DNA of 38,958 nucleotides, taken from positions 1 to 38,958 of the forward strand of contig WOZJ01000037.1 in the NCBI GenBank assembly GCA_011620345.1. The letters are read 5' to 3'. The DNA comes from Nitrospirota bacterium (GTDB taxonomy: Bacteria > UBA2233). The position numbers were made by a program, and so were the translations under genes. The stretch's first letter is position 1; each line of letters begins with the position of its first letter. The notes below the pieces were generated by a model that saw only the letters and a list, made by a program, of their open reading frames with translations, had not been told where the DNA came from and made no database searches. Below are positions 37,503-38,958 of this stretch, piece by piece.

Positions 37503-37588
37503 ACGCAGGCGGGCTCATTCGGTTAAAACAAGTCCTTACGTAGCTTTCCCTAAAGTGGCTGGATCGCGCCGAAGCAATCCGCCCTTAC

Positions 37589-38846
37589 CAAAAATTGCCG
37601 TAAGGCGTTATCCTTCCCTGCATTATCCCGCAAGAAATGATGATATTTAATTATGGCAACACTAACCAAAACACTGAAACTTCCGTTTCTGAGGCTAAAC
37701 CGAGTCAAGGCCGATGCGTTTCTGCGTCTGGAACGGTTGAATACCGAGGTTGCCAACACCATCCTGTCGATGCCGAAAGCAGATCAACGTAAACTGACCA
37801 GTAAATCGTTCGCGTCCGTAGAAATAGGGTCGGCATGGATAAACCAAACTATCCGCAATGCCACCGCTAAAACTAAGGTAAAGCGCTTTCGACGCCTTCC
37901 GCTCGAAACCAACAACCAGAACTGGACGCTACACAGCGTCGGCGACACGTTCAGCATCTCGTTCGGGTTGCTGCGGAACATCAGAAAACGGATTCCCCTG
38001 GAAGTACACAGCGCGTCCCATCGGGACATACTGATCAAATTGCAAGATGGTTCCGCCAAGGCGGGAAGTATTAAGCTCTTACGATCGAGCCGTGGAATCT
38101 GGTATGCCCTGATCTCAGCGTCGATGGACGTTCCCGACGCACGAGATTCAGGCCGCTGGATTGGTGTCGATCGGGGGCAGAACATCCCTGTCGCGGCCGC
38201 GACCCCGGACGGTCCGGTAGTTTTCTGGAAAGCGGCGAGAATCCGGCATGTCCGCCGGGTATTCGCCGAACGCCGAAAGAAACTCCAGTCTATGGGGAAG
38301 CACAACGCAATCAAAAAACTCAATCACCGCGAGCAGCGCATTGTCACGCACCTCAACCACTGCATCAGCAAGGATTTGGTTGCACTAGCCAAGCGTCTGA
38401 ACGCCGGAATTCGTTTAGAAGACCTTTCCGGTATCCGAAATTCCGCTAAACAACGGAAATCAACCAAGGCGGATGCCGGAAAGAATCGAGACTACTGGCC
38501 GTTTTATCAACTGGAAACGTTTGTACGCTACAAGGCCCTGGCAGCGGGCGTGGCGGTGGATGAGGTTTGTCCTCGCTACACCAGCCAGTCGTGCGCCCGC
38601 TGCGGTGCCGTTAACAAACGCCATAAACACGCCTACGTCTGCACACGTTGCGGATACAAGGCGCACGCCGATGCCAATGCCGCGATGAACATCCGGGACT
38701 GGTATGGGATGTGCTGCCCGTTGGTTCTTGATGCTCCAACGGGCGGGCCGCATGAACCGGCCCTGAACCCAGTACGCCAAGCTGCCGGGCAACCGGCAGC
38801 GTAACAAGAATGGGAATCCCCCGGCTTTAGCCGTGGGGAGGTTCAA
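37589..38846 (+). mobile_element. IS200/IS605-family element carrying only tnpB (IS608-like ends)
   Basis: Left TTAC|CAAAAATTGCCGTAAGG (target tetranucleotide 37585-88); right end GAAT-CCCCCGGCTTTAGCCGTGGGG-AGG-TTCAA ending at 38846; no tnpA; left boundary less certain than right. Confidence 0.75.
37653..38804 (+). CDS. tnpB: RNA-guided endonuclease TnpB
   Basis: RuvC D-E-D triad intact (IGVDRG, IRLEDL, HADANAAMNI); YTSQSCARCG...CTRCG zinc finger; 383 aa. Confidence 0.93.
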   Translation: MATLTKTLKLPFLRLNRVKADAFLRLERLNTEVANTILSMPKADQRKLTSKSFASVEIGSAWINQTIRNATAKTKVKRFRRLPLETNNQNWTLHSVGDTFSISFGLLRNIRKRIPLEVHSASHRDILIKLQDGSAKAGSIKLLRSSRGIWYALISASMDVPDARDSGRWIGVDRGQNIPVAAATPDGPVVFWKAARIRHVRRVFAERRKKLQSMGKHNAIKKLNHREQRIVTHLNHCISKDLVALAKRLNAGIRLEDLSGIRNSAKQRKSTKADAGKNRDYWPFYQLETFVRYKALAAGVAVDEVCPRYTSQSCARCGAVNKRHKHAYVCTRCGYKAHADANAAMNIRDWYGMCCPLVLDAPTGGPHEPALNPVRQAAGQPAA

Positions 38847-38866
38847 AAGACTCGTTCCACGGGCAT
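38705..38866 (+). ncRNA. Predicted TnpB omegaRNA/reRNA scaffold plus guide
   Basis: Stacked hairpins 38716-44, 38745-63, 38781-800 and 38818-38; TGAAC(C) able to pair with the terminal (G)GTTCA; guide from 38847 (AAGACTCGTTCCACGGGCAT); boundaries approximate. Confidence 0.65.
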
Positions 38867-38958
38867 GAGTCCCCTTAGCGCGTTGAGAAGGTAAACAGCA
38901 TCTGCCTTCAAGAGGTCGGAGGCGGGGAAATGTCCCTCGAGTACCGGAATGCCCTGGG
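38843..38958 (-). CDS. C-terminal end of a class-IV PLP aminotransferase / ADC lyase-like protein (partial)
   Basis: Reads ...QGIPVLEGHFPASDLLKADAVYLLNALRGLMPVERVF*, matching the E.....DL..AD.V.L.N.LRG..PV C-terminal pattern; stop TGA lies inside the IS end. Confidence 0.7.
   Translation of the reverse strand, partial: QGIPVLEGHFPASDLLKADAVYLLNALRGLMPVERVF

Noticed and set aside
37536-37539. Alternative TTAC as the left insertion boundary
   Set aside because: It would also restore TTG TAA, but only the TTAC at 37585 is followed by the IS608-like CAAAA start; not fully excluded
37653-38958. Cas12f-type CRISPR system or catalytically dead TnpB (TldR)
   Set aside because: No repeat-spacer array or cas genes in the window; an IS605-type right end is present; the RuvC D-E-D triad is intact

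Overview
Gene-dense, mostly core chromosomal segment of a diderm bacterium. Gene order and content (amiC-glnD-xerD-cca, fadR-etfBA-Fe/S oxidoreductase, prs-rplY-pth, rpsF-rpsR-DUF2232-rplI-dnaB) suggest a deltaproteobacteria-like anaerobe; this is an inference. From left to right: a tripartite TolC/HlyD/MFS efflux operon (- strand); a NitT/TauT-like ABC system with no binding protein in the window, a free-standing AAA-associated domain and a non-canonical H-loop; amiC-glnD-xerD-CCA/A-adding enzyme; two uncharacterised exported proteins; rluB-like gene; dksA; mltG-gph; tsaP-like gene-dprA-tal; an IclR regulator; a FadR-ETF-quinone oxidoreductase operon; a three-gene lysine-acylation switch-like cassette (divergent GNAT-like protein + HDAC/AcuC + CBS-ACT/AcuB); the prs...dnaB cluster containing a Na+-type membrane pyrophosphatase; and a solo-tnpB IS200/IS605 element. 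Most notable: (1) the AcuABC-like cassette with an unannotated GNAT-like writer candidate; (2) the TnpB element, which sits in the last codon of a convergent class-IV aminotransferase gene, supplies its stop codon, and carries a guide antisense to that gene; (3) a structured ~150-nt leader upstream of prs. No tRNA, rRNA or CRISPR array was recognised.
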